A DNA stretch of 64,000 nt from an uncultured Planctomycetota bacterium (GCA_963737655.1 CAVTTN010000002.1:3584001-3648000); one strand, 5' to 3'. Shown: positions 30,681 through 41,408, counted from the stretch's first letter. Numbers and translations: made by a program. The notes: generated by a model not told the origin, from the letters alone.

Positions 30681-32351
30681 TCAGAGTCGGGGAGAAACCG
30701 GCACCAACGCGGCCTGGAGGACTTCCTTCGTCCCCTCGTCCTGGACGAACGCGACGACCGAGAACATTTTCAAATCGACCGTGGGCTCGGGAAGCTTGCC
30801 CCCGGCATTGGCGGGATCGGCCAGATACGCCTGGATCCCCTTGCGGATCTCGGCGCGAGTCAGGGAAACATCCACCGAGCCGCGTCCTTCGCTCAGGGGC
30901 GTCCCGGCTGCGCCCCCCGGCATGGCGCGGACCACGCGGCGGTGGAGCCGGAGCCGGTTGTTGCCGACGTACCGCACCTCCTCCTCGACCACGGCGAGAC
31001 GGAGCCGGAGCTCGGAGCCGGAACCGGGCTCGGTGGCCCGGGCGGTGGCGACGATGTGGATGATGTCCGAGTCGAGGGTCGCCTTCAGGTCGATCGAGGC
31101 CCCGGCCTTGCTCTGGATCTCCGGCTCGACGGCCGCGCGGATCGCCTGGTAGCGGGTTTCCGAGAGGCCGAGAGGACCGCCGAGCCCGGGGACGATCCGG
31201 CCATCGACGAAGAGCGACGGGCAGCCCTCGAACTCGGGATAGAAGTCCTTGCGGGCGGCCGATTCGCGGCAGATCAAGGGGTCGGAGCCGAGCATCGGCG
31301 AGTGATATTGCAGGGCGATGACCTCGCCCGCCCCGTGGGACTTCAACAGGGCGTCGAACGCGGCCTCGGCGGCGACCGTCCCGCCTCCCTGGGTGCTCGT
31401 GAACAACTCGACGAGCGCCACACGGTCGGCGCCCGCGGCTTTCCGGCCGGAGGACGGCCTCGGCACGAACGGAGGCACGTTTTGCCGAGCGTAGTCGTCG
31501 AGTTCGGCGTCGAGTTGGTCGGCCTTCTCGCCCGCGGAATGGGCCAGATCGGTCTTGCCGGTCAGGCGAGCGGCCTCGGCCAGCCCTCGGGCCACGGTGG
31601 CACGGGTTTCGAGGGGGGCGTCGGCCGGCATGGCGGTTTCGGCGTCCTGGGCGATCTCCAGGGCCATCGCGGCGAACGCCCTCTGGCTGGAAAGCGCATG
31701 GACGACCCGGCCTCGGACTTCCGCCTCATACTCCGGGCCGAACGGCTTCGCGGTGCCGAGCCAGGCATCGGCCTTCGCACGAACCTCTTCCGGCTTCAGC
31801 CCCGCGCTCGTGGCATTCTTGAGGATCTCGCCGAACACCGAGTCGGCCGTCGGCTCGGCCCCGAGCTCGTCCTGGAGGGCCGACAGCTTCTCGACCCTCG
31901 TCCTCGGGGACGTCTGCTTCATGGCGGCCATGAAGCTGAGGATTCGCGAGCGATCGGTCGAGGCGCGGAGCTTCTTCTCGTCGGACCGTTCCATGACGGC
32001 CGGATAGAGGTTCCCCTGGAACCGGATCGATCCCCGGATCGCCCCGTCCTCGGCCATCCGGCCGCGGAAGGCGTCCTCCATCCCGTTCACGACCAGGGAG
32101 AGAGTCAGGACGTCGTCGGTGGCCGCCGCTCCGGCGACCCTGGGCGGGGTGGGGAAGAAGGGCGGGGCGTACTTAATTGAGGCGAAAAGGTTGGGCGGCT
32201 CGCCTTCGAGGTTGAGCAGGAGGAAATCGATCGACTGGAGGGGGGCCACGATGGTCAGCCTCCACGAGCCGGAGAACCCCGGCCCCTCCTCGGCCCGGGT
32301 CGGCCCGGCGATCGCGGCGAAGATCAAGCACGGCGCCCAGAGCATCCTCAT
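30681..32351 (-). CDS. Secreted protein with C-terminal thioredoxin-like and Ig-like domains
   Basis: Signal peptide; VALVELFT...IALQYH...GCPSLFVDG. Confidence 0.75.
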   Translation of the reverse strand: MRMLWAPCLIFAAIAGPTRAEEGPGFSGSWRLTIVAPLQSIDFLLLNLEGEPPNLFASIKYAPPFFPTPPRVAGAAATDDVLTLSLVVNGMEDAFRGRMAEDGAIRGSIRFQGNLYPAVMERSDEKKLRASTDRSRILSFMAAMKQTSPRTRVEKLSALQDELGAEPTADSVFGEILKNATSAGLKPEEVRAKADAWLGTAKPFGPEYEAEVRGRVVHALSSQRAFAAMALEIAQDAETAMPADAPLETRATVARGLAEAARLTGKTDLAHSAGEKADQLDAELDDYARQNVPPFVPRPSSGRKAAGADRVALVELFTSTQGGGTVAAEAAFDALLKSHGAGEVIALQYHSPMLGSDPLICRESAARKDFYPEFEGCPSLFVDGRIVPGLGGPLGLSETRYQAIRAAVEPEIQSKAGASIDLKATLDSDIIHIVATARATEPGSGSELRLRLAVVEEEVRYVGNNRLRLHRRVVRAMPGGAAGTPLSEGRGSVDVSLTRAEIRKGIQAYLADPANAGGKLPEPTVDLKMFSVVAFVQDEGTKEVLQAALVPVSPRL

Positions 32352-32589
32352 GCGAACCTCCCTGTTCGATCGAAATCGGGCGAGGCCGTCGCGCCCAGGG
32401 GCCCGCCCTCTCGCGCGGACACCATAATGCGAAACCGGAATTCGGGCAAGGAGAGCCGCTCGGGCACCCCGGGGTCGTTGGCTTCGGAGTTCGGTCGGAG
32501 CCGATCCCGTTCCCGGCTCGTGCCGACTCCGAAAGCCCCGCCTCGGCCCTCGACCCAACCGGACGCCTCGCCCCTCGGCCTTCCCGCGA

Positions 32590-33039
32590 TCACTTCGCCG
32601 GGGCGTCGGCCGAGGTGTGGTCGTGGACGATCTTCCACCCCTCGGGCTTCTTGCGGAGGATCACCGTGAACCGCCCTCCGGCCGTTTTTCCGCCGGAGAG
32701 GGCCAGCTCCCAGCGTCCCCGGGCGAATGCCGACTCGGGCCCCAGCGCCTCGATTTCCAGGTCGTTGAAAGCCAGGGTCCCCATCTCCTTGCCCTCGCCC
32801 TGATATCGCTTGCGGTAGCGGTCTCGCATCCCGTCCCAGCCGACCGTCTTCTCCCCCGACGATTGGAACACCAGTCCGGGCGATTTCCAGTAGCCCTCGC
32901 AGAAGCCGTCGAGGTCTTTCCGGTTCCAGTCGGCCACCTGGGCGTCGAGAAGCTTGCGGGCCGCCTCCTCGGGAGTCTCGGCAAGTGCCGGGAGGGCGGA
33001 CATCAGCAGAATTCCGACCGCGATGCCGAAGCGGATCAT
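32590..33039 (-). CDS. NTF2/SnoaL-like (DUF4440) secreted protein
   Basis: QVADWNRKDLDGF...GWKIVHDHTS. Confidence 0.88.
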   Translation of the reverse strand: MIRFGIAVGILLMSALPALAETPEEAARKLLDAQVADWNRKDLDGFCEGYWKSPGLVFQSSGEKTVGWDGMRDRYRKRYQGEGKEMGTLAFNDLEIEALGPESAFARGRWELALSGGKTAGGRFTVILRKKPEGWKIVHDHTSADAPAK

Positions 33040-33124
33040 GGCGAGGCCCTCGCAGAGGATGCCGGCGGGGTGAAGGGAACGGCCGGAGATGATACCATCG
33101 AAGCACCTCCGAGAGGCCGCCGCG

Positions 33125-33934
33125 ATGCCCATGGCCCCGCTCCTCCTGCTGATCTCCCTGGCCGACGGAATCGGCCGGCTGGACCATCCGGCGATCGCCG
33201 AGGCGTCGGGGATCGTCGCGAGTCGGCGATTTCCCGGCATCTTCTGGGTCCATAACGACTCGGGCAACCCTCCCGCGCTGTTCGCCGTGCGACGGGACGG
33301 CTCGCTCGTCCGGGAATACTCCGTCGAGGTTCCGAACGTCGATTGGGAGGACATCGCCGCCGACGACTCGGGTCATCTGTTCGTCGGCGACATCGGCAAC
33401 AACGGGGGCAAGCTGCCAATCCGCGCGATCTACCGATTCGACGAGCCCGACCCCTCGAAGGCGGCCGACGGCCCGTTGAAACCGTCGCTTTCCACGTTCT
33501 ATCGCTTCCCCAGAACCGGCCGGTTCGATGCCGAGGGGCTGTTCCTCGACGCCGGATCGGCCGTCGTCGTGGCCAAGACCTTCGACCAGAGGGACGCCGA
33601 GCTTTTCGCCGTCCCGATCGACCCGGCCGCCCCCCTGCTCCGCCCGGCCGAGCCGGAGCTCGTCGGCACACTGCCCGGATTCCGCGATCCGGCGACCGGG
33701 GCGGACCTCTCGCAAGACGGCTCCCGCCTGGCCGTCTGCTCGACTCGCGAGGTCCGGGTTTATCGACGAGACCCGGGCGGGCAATGGCTCCTGGAAGGCC
33801 GAGCCGACCTCCCCGGAGGGCAAATCGAGGCGGTTTGCTGGGAGGGATCGAACCTGATCCTGGCGGGCGAGGATCGGCGGGTCCATCTCGTCCCCGAATC
33901 CTCCTGGAAACCCGCGAAGGACGGCCGACCGTGA
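33125..33934 (+). CDS. Secreted beta-propeller hypothetical protein
   Basis: EASGI, WVHNDSG, DWEDIA, GDIGNN, DAEGL, EAVCW (alternative start 33089). Confidence 0.75.
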   Translation: MPMAPLLLLISLADGIGRLDHPAIAEASGIVASRRFPGIFWVHNDSGNPPALFAVRRDGSLVREYSVEVPNVDWEDIAADDSGHLFVGDIGNNGGKLPIRAIYRFDEPDPSKAADGPLKPSLSTFYRFPRTGRFDAEGLFLDAGSAVVVAKTFDQRDAELFAVPIDPAAPLLRPAEPELVGTLPGFRDPATGADLSQDGSRLAVCSTREVRVYRRDPGGQWLLEGRADLPGGQIEAVCWEGSNLILAGEDRRVHLVPESSWKPAKDGRP

Positions 33935-35070
33935 CGGCCGAGGACGTGGTGATCGTCGGCGGGGGGGTGATCGGGCTTTCGATCGCCTATGTGCTTGCGA
34001 AACAGGGCGTGAGGCCGACCGTCCTGGACCGGGGACCTCTGGGCAAGGAAGCCTCGTGGGCCGGGGCGGGGATCATCTCGCCGGGATCGGAACGGCCGAT
34101 CCGCCACCCGGCGGCGGCCTTGCGGACCCTCTCGGCCCGGCTCCATCTGGAGTGGCACGAGGCGTTGAAGGAAGAGACCGGCATCGATAACGGGTATCGG
34201 AAGTGCGGAGGTGTGGACGTTGCGCTCGACGCCTCCGAAGCCGCGCTCCTGCGCACCTCGGCGGCCCGATGGAAGCATGAGGGGATCGCGTTCGAAGTGC
34301 TCGCCCCGGCCGATATCCGTCAGGTGGAACCGGCCCTCGGGCCCCGGGTCGTTTCGGCCTGTTTCTTGCCGGACCGGGCCCAGATCCGCAACCCGAGGCA
34401 CGTCCGGGCGCTGGCCGAGGCGGTCCGATCTCGCGGAGGGACGCTCCGGCCGGGGCTGGCGGCCTCGGGATTCGTCGTCCGAGGGGGACGGGTCGAGGCG
34501 GTCGTCACTCGCGAAGGGGAAATCCCCTGTGGGTCGGTGGTCGTCGCGGCCGGGGCGTGGTCGGAGACGCTCCTGATGGGGCTGGGCCTGGACGTGCCCA
34601 CGCCCCCGGTCCGAGGCCAGATCGTCCTGCTTCGACCGGATCGGCCGATGCTCAGGAGGATCGTCGAGCACGGCAAGAAGTATCTCGTCCCTCGCGAGGA
34701 CGGCCGGATCCTGATCGGCTCGACCGAGGAACGCGCCGGTTTCGTCGCCGAGACCACGGAGGAGGGAGTCCAATCGTTGATTGCCGAGGCGATCGCTCTG
34801 TGTCCAGGGCTGGAAGGCGTCGAAATCGAGCGGGCGTGGGCCGGCCTACGACCCGGCAGCCGGGACACGCGACCCTATCTCGGCAAGGTGCCGGACCTGG
34901 ACAACCTGGTGGTCGCCACCGGCCACCAGAGATCGGGCTTGCAACTCTCGCCGGCCTCGGCGGAGGTCGTCGCCGATTTGCTGCTGGGGCGAATGCCGCG
35001 GATCGACCTGACGGGATACGAGGTCGTCCGCGACACCTCGCCGGACGACGGGGACGCCTTCCGCTCGTGA
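33931..35070 (+). CDS. thiO: Glycine oxidase / D-amino-acid oxidase family flavoprotein
   Basis: GGGVIG, ASWAGAGI, PVRGQI, WAGLRP, TGHQRSG. Confidence 0.85.
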   Translation: MTAEDVVIVGGGVIGLSIAYVLAKQGVRPTVLDRGPLGKEASWAGAGIISPGSERPIRHPAAALRTLSARLHLEWHEALKEETGIDNGYRKCGGVDVALDASEAALLRTSAARWKHEGIAFEVLAPADIRQVEPALGPRVVSACFLPDRAQIRNPRHVRALAEAVRSRGGTLRPGLAASGFVVRGGRVEAVVTREGEIPCGSVVVAAGAWSETLLMGLGLDVPTPPVRGQIVLLRPDRPMLRRIVEHGKKYLVPREDGRILIGSTEERAGFVAETTEEGVQSLIAEAIALCPGLEGVEIERAWAGLRPGSRDTRPYLGKVPDLDNLVVATGHQRSGLQLSPASAEVVADLLLGRMPRIDLTGYEVVRDTSPDDGDAFRS

Positions 35071-35228
35071 CCATCGGCCGGAGATCCTCGACGGAACCTC
35101 GCCCCGGAATCGGGTGTCCATCCGGCGAGTGGCCCCTGACGCGAAGGCGCCGGTTCTGGTGTAATACTGGACTGCCGGAGATTCGACGCCAGAGGCCCGC
35201 CCGACTCGTCCTGGGAGGCTCCGACGCG

Positions 35229-35825
35229 ATGACCGCTTCCGTCCTGGATCGGCCCGCACTGGTCCTGAACCGCAACTGGCAGCCGGTCAACGTGGCCACC
35301 GTGGCCCGGGCCTTGACGATGCTCTGGAACGAGTCGGCCCACGTCGTCGATCCGGACGACTACCGGCTCTACACCTGGGAAGACTGGTCCCGGATGCGCC
35401 CGAAGGACGGCGAGCCGTTCCTCCAGGCGCCGTCGTGGCGGCTGCGAGTCCCCGAGATCCTGACCCTCACGCGGTTCGATCGTCCTCGGGCCGAGTCCGT
35501 CACCTTCAGCCGCCGGAATCTCTTTCGGCGCGATCATCAGATGTGTCAGTACTGCGGGGCGAGGCCCGGGACGGCGGAATTGACCATCGACCACATCATC
35601 CCGAGGGCCCAGGGCGGCGCCACGACGTGGGAGAATTGCGCCCTGGCTTGCGTCCCGTGCAACGCGAGGAAGGCCAATCAGACGCCCGAGCAGGCCGGCA
35701 TGACCCTCAAGAAAAGACCCGTCCGACCGGCATGGAAGCCGCATTATGCCTCGGCGGGGATTCGCCTGGAGAGCTGGTCGCGAGTCCTCAGCGAGGCATA
35801 CTGGAACGTCACCCTGGAGGATTGA
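35229..35825 (+). CDS. HNH endonuclease (McrA-like)
   Basis: LVLNRNWQP, RDHQMCQYCG, TIDHIIPR, WENCALACVPCN. Confidence 0.92.
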   Translation: MTASVLDRPALVLNRNWQPVNVATVARALTMLWNESAHVVDPDDYRLYTWEDWSRMRPKDGEPFLQAPSWRLRVPEILTLTRFDRPRAESVTFSRRNLFRRDHQMCQYCGARPGTAELTIDHIIPRAQGGATTWENCALACVPCNARKANQTPEQAGMTLKKRPVRPAWKPHYASAGIRLESWSRVLSEAYWNVTLED

Positions 35826-35829
35826 ACGG

Positions 35830-36300
35830 ATGTCCGAACCCCTCCGAACCCCCGAAGCCGGCCTGGAGACCGACGACCGTTTTCCGTCGGGCCCCTGGGT
35901 CGGCTTCTTCCTCCAGCCCGTGGCCCCCGGTCGGCATAAAACCGAACTGATCCTCACGTTCCGGCAAGGCGTGATGACGGGCGAGGGCCGGGACCGCATC
36001 GGGGAATTCCTCGTCCGGGGGCGATATCAGGTCGAGGACGGCCGATGCTGGTGGACGAAGTCGTACATCGGCCAGCACTCGCTGCATTATCAAGGGTACA
36101 ATGAAGGCAAGGGGATCTGGGGCGTCTGGGAGATGGGCCCGAACTGGTCGGGAGGTTTCCACATCTGGCCCGAAGCCATGGGCGACCCCATGACGCCGAA
36201 GCTTGCCGCTCAGGCCGAGGTACCGGTCGAACCGGAACGCGAACCCGCGCCGGCCCCCGAGGTCCTGGAAGAGGTCGGCGTGGGCGCCGGGGCCTCGTGA
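35830..36300 (+). CDS. Hypothetical beta-barrel-like protein
   Basis: FPSGPWVGFF...GEGRD...KSYIGQH...GIWGVW...GFHIWP. Confidence 0.75.
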   Translation: MSEPLRTPEAGLETDDRFPSGPWVGFFLQPVAPGRHKTELILTFRQGVMTGEGRDRIGEFLVRGRYQVEDGRCWWTKSYIGQHSLHYQGYNEGKGIWGVWEMGPNWSGGFHIWPEAMGDPMTPKLAAQAEVPVEPEREPAPAPEVLEEVGVGAGAS

Positions 36301-36363
36301 GCGAATCAGGAATCCAGAGGCGTTCCTGGCAGGGCCAACTCTGACCTCCAGACAGACATCTTC

Positions 36364-37332
36364 ATGAAATATCTGATCACCGGAGGCGCCGGATTCATCG
36401 GCGGCCACCTGACCGAGCGGCTCCTGGCCGATGGCCATTCGGTCCTGGTCCTCGACGACCTGAGCACCGGCCGATTCGAGAATGTGGCCCATCTGGAAGG
36501 GCATCCCGGGTTCGAGCTCCGGGTCGCCTCGGTGACCGAACCGGAGATCGTGGAGCGATGCGTCGTCGAGTGCCGCGCGGTGTTCCACCTGGCCAGCGCG
36601 GTCGGGGTCCGCCTGGTCGTCGATGAGCCGGTCAAGACGATCGAGACCATCGTCAACGGCACTGACGTCGTCCTCCGCGCCTGCGCCCGCTATCGCCGGC
36701 CGATCCTGATTACCTCGACGAGCGAGGTCTACGGCAAGGGGGTCAAGATCCCCTTTGCCGAGGGGGACGATTGCGTGATCGGCCCGTCCACGACTCGCCG
36801 CTGGGGTTACGCCTGCGCGAAGCTGCTCGATGAGTTCCTCGCAATGGGCCACTGGACTGAAACCCGGCTCCCGGTGATCGTCGCGAGGCTCTTCAACACG
36901 GTCGGCCCCCGGCAGACCGGCCGTTACGGGATGGTGATCCCCCGGTTCGTGGCCCAGGGCCTCAAGGGCGAGCCGATCACGGTCTTCGGCGACGGTTCCC
37001 AGACCCGCTGCTTCGCCCACGTGGCCGACGTTTCCGCCGCCCTGGTCTCGCTGATGGCCGAACCCCGGGCGTTCGGAGGCGTGTTCAACATCGGGAACAA
37101 TGAAGAAGTCACCATTGGAGAGCTCGCCGAACGGGTCCGGGCCCTGACCGGCGGCAAGAGCCCGATCCGCCGAGTGCCATTCAGCGAGGCGTATACCGAG
37201 GGGTTCGAGGACATGCAGAGGCGAGTCCCCGATCTGAGGAAGATCGGCGCCTTGATCGGCTATCGGCCCACGAGGAACCTGGATCAGATCCTGGAAGACG
37301 TCCGGCGAGAGCAGGAGTCCGCCTCGCCGTGA
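36364..37332 (+). CDS. NAD-dependent nucleotide-sugar epimerase/dehydratase
   Basis: TGGAGFIG, STSEVYG, YACAK, RLFNTVGP. Confidence 0.93.
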   Translation: MKYLITGGAGFIGGHLTERLLADGHSVLVLDDLSTGRFENVAHLEGHPGFELRVASVTEPEIVERCVVECRAVFHLASAVGVRLVVDEPVKTIETIVNGTDVVLRACARYRRPILITSTSEVYGKGVKIPFAEGDDCVIGPSTTRRWGYACAKLLDEFLAMGHWTETRLPVIVARLFNTVGPRQTGRYGMVIPRFVAQGLKGEPITVFGDGSQTRCFAHVADVSAALVSLMAEPRAFGGVFNIGNNEEVTIGELAERVRALTGGKSPIRRVPFSEAYTEGFEDMQRRVPDLRKIGALIGYRPTRNLDQILEDVRREQESASP

Positions 37333-38057
37333 TCGCGAAGGGCCGTGACCGGCCTCCGCGATGGAGGGTCAGCTCGCCGATGGTCCCGATTCTCTTCGAA
37401 GACAACCACTGCCTCGCCCTGGACAAGCCTGCGGGCTTGCTCACTCAGGGAGACATCACGGGCGAGCCGTCGCTCGTGGACCTGGCCCGCGAGGATCTGC
37501 GGGTCCGTTATGCGAAGCCCGGAAACGTGTTCGTGGGGCTGGTCCACCGGCTCGATCGTCCGGTTTCAGGCGTGGTCCTGCTGGCGAAGACGAGCAAGGG
37601 CGCGTCTCGGCTCTCGGCCCAGTTCCGCGAGGGCACGGTCGAGAAAATCTATCTGGCGCTGGTGGAAGGCCGCCCGATCGATCCGGAGGGGGAGTGGATC
37701 GATGTCCTGAGGAAGGACGAGCGGAGGAACGTCGTCTCGGTGGTCGAGGACGACGAAGGGAAGAGGGCGGGCGTCTGCTATCGGGTCGTGGAAGTGAGTC
37801 GAGGCACGAGCCTGATCGAGCTCCGCCCAGGCTCAGGGCGGGGCCATCAGCTTCGAGTCCAGCTAGCGTCGAGGGGGTTTCCGATCGTCGGCGATCGGAA
37901 GTACGGGGCCCGCTCGGTCGTGACGGCCCGGGACGGCGGCCATCGGATCGCTCTTCATGCGCGATCGCTCACGTTCATCCACCCGTCTCGGAAGGAAGCG
38001 ATGACGGTGATTTCGCCGGAGCCGGCAGACTGGCCAGGGCCCGGCCTCCGAAGCTGA
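37329..38057 (+). CDS. RluA-family pseudouridine synthase
   Basis: DKPAGL, HRLDRPVSG, GRGHQLR, GDRKYG, LHA (alternative start 37380). Confidence 0.9.
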   Translation: MIAKGRDRPPRWRVSSPMVPILFEDNHCLALDKPAGLLTQGDITGEPSLVDLAREDLRVRYAKPGNVFVGLVHRLDRPVSGVVLLAKTSKGASRLSAQFREGTVEKIYLALVEGRPIDPEGEWIDVLRKDERRNVVSVVEDDEGKRAGVCYRVVEVSRGTSLIELRPGSGRGHQLRVQLASRGFPIVGDRKYGARSVVTARDGGHRIALHARSLTFIHPSRKEAMTVISPEPADWPGPGLRS

Positions 38058-39549
38058 TGGCCGAACGGCCGAGGTACGCGAGAGGAACGCCCAGGCCGGC
38101 AAGGACCAGCGTCGCGTATGGCTTCCACGCCGACGTATCGCGAGGAGGCGGGCCGACCGGGGGATTGGATCCAGGCGGCGCCGCTTCGGCCACCTTCTCG
38201 GCCGCGACGGGCACGATGGGCTCCGGCCTCGGGCGCCTCGGCCGACGGGGTCGGAACCGGCTTGGCCGCGGGGGCGTTCGTGGCGGCGAGCGAGCCCAGA
38301 TACGAGGTCGCCGCTTTCCAAGACGGCGAATCACCGGCGTTCAGGTCCTCCACCTGACGTTCTGCGGTCGTCCTCTCGGCTTTCTCGATCGTCACTTCGT
38401 GAACCAGCCACATCGCGGCGGGCCGTGAACCATCGCCGTCGAAGATGTAGATCGGCCGGGCCGATTCCTGGTTCAGCTCCGCGCCGAACCGCTTGACTCG
38501 GGCGGGGTCGATCTTCGAGGTCGAGCAACCGAGGGCGACGTAGCGAAGGCCGTGGTGGTCGATCTCCGCCAGCTCGGATTGCTGGACCTCCGAGGGGCGC
38601 GGAGGTCCAGGACGGTCTTGTAGCCCGACTGGACGAGCCAGGCCCAACCCCGGTCGGTGGGGAGGCTGCCGGCGGCGACCCCGGGCTCGATCACGACGAA
38701 GCGGCGGATGCCCGGGGCGAGACTGGCGATGGCCTCGGCCGGCTTCGGGGGAAGCTCGGCCGAGGCGCCCGTCTTGGAGGTCTCATTGTCCTTCTCCGGC
38801 GCCGGGGCCGGCGACGGAGCGGAGACCCCACCGGCCTCGGGGGAGGCCGGCGAGGTGGCCGGGCTGGGCGACGGGGCCGAGGCCGGCGGATCGCCGGCCG
38901 TCGACGACGCGGGAGGCGAGCCTTCGGGCGTCGCCTCGGCCGGGACCGTCAGCTTGAGCACGTCGGCCATCGCGTCGTCGGCGGAGGGGGCCACCCCCGA
39001 TCCGCCCCGACCCGAAGGCCGCGAGGCGACCTCGCGGCGGGATTCGCCGCGAGGACCGCTGATCTCGGCCTGATAGAACGCCTTGCTCGTCGCCGAGCGT
39101 GCCCCGAGGCCGCGGCCCGAGCCGCCATTGGCCGATCCGCCGGGAGTCGTGCCGGTGGCACCTCCCGAGGGGAGCGCGTCAATTTGCGGATCGGCGTCGG
39201 CCGGAGGGGCGGGGATGACCTGTCCCGGAGCGATCGGGCCCAGGGGAGCCCCTTCCATCGCGGGGACCCCGAGTCCGGCGTCGCAACCGTCGGCGGCGAC
39301 GATCGCCCGATCTCGATGGAACAATTTGCGGCCGAAGCCGCACTTGGCCAGGCCACAGCCGCCCGGCTTGCCGCAGCCTCCTCCGCAGGCGCCCAGGCCG
39401 AGGCCATTGCCCCCGCCAAGGCCGAGCGAGGCGCAGCCGTCGAAGGCCAGGGCCGCCAGGGAAAGCACCGCCAGCGCCCATCGCGGGGCGGCTCGGCGGG
39501 GGGCGGCCCTCCCCGGGCCTCTCGCCCGGATCGGTCGCGGAGTCTTCAT
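37975..39549 (-). CDS. Probable lipoprotein with degenerate PTP/DUF442-like domain and C-terminal TM (frameshifts near 38600 and 38228)
   Basis: FDGC lipobox-like, GYKTVLDLR, PIYIFDGDGSR, C-terminal hydrophobic segment. Confidence 0.65.
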
Positions 39550-39962
39550 GATCCAGTCCTCCTCGCTCGCGACAACCTCACGAGCCACGCGGATCGCGTG
39601 GACGGGGCCTGCCTCATCGATCCGGACCCGGCGGACCGGGTGCGATCGAGTCAACCGGCCCCGATCCCTCACCGGTGCCCCGGTCTCGGGGGATCGCTCG
39701 AATCCGCCGCCCCCGGCGCGGCGAGCTCCAGCCCAGACCGAAACGGTCTGGCCCGGCGGATCGCCGTCGAGGGGCATGGGGAGGCTCGTGGGTGTCTGGT
39801 TCAAGGTTGCCTTCACTTCCCCTGACCCTCCGGCCTCGTCTCGTCCGGTCTGGTCCCGCCGATCACCGAAGGGCTTCGGCGGGGGCGGTCCGGGCGGATG
39901 GGCGCGGCTCGGGAGGTCGCGTCAGGAGTCCCGTCGGTGAAACTTAGCCGACGATCGGCCGG

Positions 39963-39992
39963 TTGCAAAAAAACCGAAAGCCTTTCTAGAAT
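39963..39992 (+). promoter_or_regulatory. Putative sigma70 promoter
   Basis: TTGCAA-18 nt-TAGAAT in an AT-rich island upstream of 40065. Confidence 0.5.
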
Positions 39993-40064
39993 GTTTTTTC
40001 GGTCCAGACGGACAAGTCCGCCCGCGCATCCGACACGCCTTGCCCTGAAGGTACAGACGGACCC

Positions 40065-41408
40065 ATGAGCGAGCTTTCCGCCACCCCTCCGATGCGGAAC
40101 CGGAGGGGCTGGACCGCCTGGGGAATCGGTTTCGCGGTGGTCGTCCTGGCCGCAGCCGTCTTTGGTTTCCGGCTCGACGACGAGCCCCATTTCATGGACG
40201 AATCGGCGTATCTCTCCCAATCGTACTTCTTTGACATGTTCGCCTCGGGCCTCTCGAACGATCCCAGGTGGCTCGAGTACCCCGCCTACGACCTGCCGCC
40301 CCTGCCCAAGTATCTCGTGGGCGGGTCGCTACGGCTGCACGACATGCCTCGCCCGGGTCGGGCATCCATGATCGCCTGGTACCGGAACCCGAAAACCCGG
40401 GTCGGTTCGGCCGATCTGCTCCGGGCGGGCCGATGGCCCAGCGTCGTCCTGGGGGCGATTGGTTGCGGGGCGATTTTTGCGTTGGGGACGATGAGCGGCG
40501 GGACGAGGGTCGGCCTTCTCGCGGCCGTCCTCCTGATCGCGAATCCCCTCTACCGACTTCACGCCCGCCGGGCGATGTCGGACGTCCCGGCCGAGTGCCT
40601 GATCCTGGCCTCCCTGGCGGTCGGCATGGCCCTCTGGCGAGGCCTTTTGTCGGGCAAGGGCCGGATCTGGCCGATCCTGGCGGTCGCGAGCGGAGCGCTG
40701 GCAGGGTTAGCTGTTCTGGCGAAACTCAACGGCGGCCTCGGCCTCATGGTCCTCGCCTCATGGGCGGTCCTCGGGTTGGCGCGCCCCTTGCGAGAGAGAT
40801 GGACGGCCGCCCTCCTGTTTTCAGCCCTCGCGATCTCGGGCGTTGTGGCGCTCCTGACGTTCCTCTGCCTCAATCCGTTCGTGACGGCTCGTCCCTCAGC
40901 CCCCCTAGCGGGAGCGCCGGCGCCCGTCTCGGCCGTTCAGACGATCGGAACGAGGCTGGCGGAGGTCGTCACCCATCGATCTTCGCTCTCGCGTCACGCT
41001 CAGGAACAGTTCCCCGAGGATGCCCTGCCGACGGCCTTCGACAAGATCAAGGCGGTGGCCGTCCAGGGGTTCGGCCGGTTCGGGCCGCTGGGACCGGGAC
41101 ATTCGGACTCGACTCGGCGGTTCGAGCTTTCTCAGGATTGGGGCGCGATCGTCTGGCTGCCGCTTTTCCTCCTCGGGATGATCGCCGCGGCCCATCAGGG
41201 GCTGCGACAGGTCCGGGAAGGCCGGCCACCCACGGCCTGGGCAAGCCTCGATCAATCGCTCGTCGCCCTGATCACGGTCACGGCGTTCATTCCCCTGGCC
41301 TGGGACCGCTATTTCCTCTCGATCCAGGCGGGCTGCTGCCTGATGGGGGCGACCGCGTTGTCGGCGGGATGGGACGTGGTCGCGAAGGGGATGGGAGGCC
41401 GGCGATGA
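40065..41408 (+). CDS. GT-C/ArnT-PMT-like membrane glycosyltransferase
   Basis: DE motif after TM1 (FMDES), PPLPKY, many TMs, AKLNG, WDRY. Confidence 0.8.
   Translation: MSELSATPPMRNRRGWTAWGIGFAVVVLAAAVFGFRLDDEPHFMDESAYLSQSYFFDMFASGLSNDPRWLEYPAYDLPPLPKYLVGGSLRLHDMPRPGRASMIAWYRNPKTRVGSADLLRAGRWPSVVLGAIGCGAIFALGTMSGGTRVGLLAAVLLIANPLYRLHARRAMSDVPAECLILASLAVGMALWRGLLSGKGRIWPILAVASGALAGLAVLAKLNGGLGLMVLASWAVLGLARPLRERWTAALLFSALAISGVVALLTFLCLNPFVTARPSAPLAGAPAPVSAVQTIGTRLAEVVTHRSSLSRHAQEQFPEDALPTAFDKIKAVAVQGFGRFGPLGPGHSDSTRRFELSQDWGAIVWLPLFLLGMIAAAHQGLRQVREGRPPTAWASLDQSLVALITVTAFIPLAWDRYFLSIQAGCCLMGATALSAGWDVVAKGMGGRR

Noticed and set aside
35229..35825. HNH gene as the intron's homing endonuclease
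   Set aside because: About 7 kb from the intron and McrA-like; no positional evidence.
40268..41404. N-terminal extension of the 888-aa ORF
   Set aside because: Overlaps the 40065-41408 gene in another frame; the likely start is ATG 41405.
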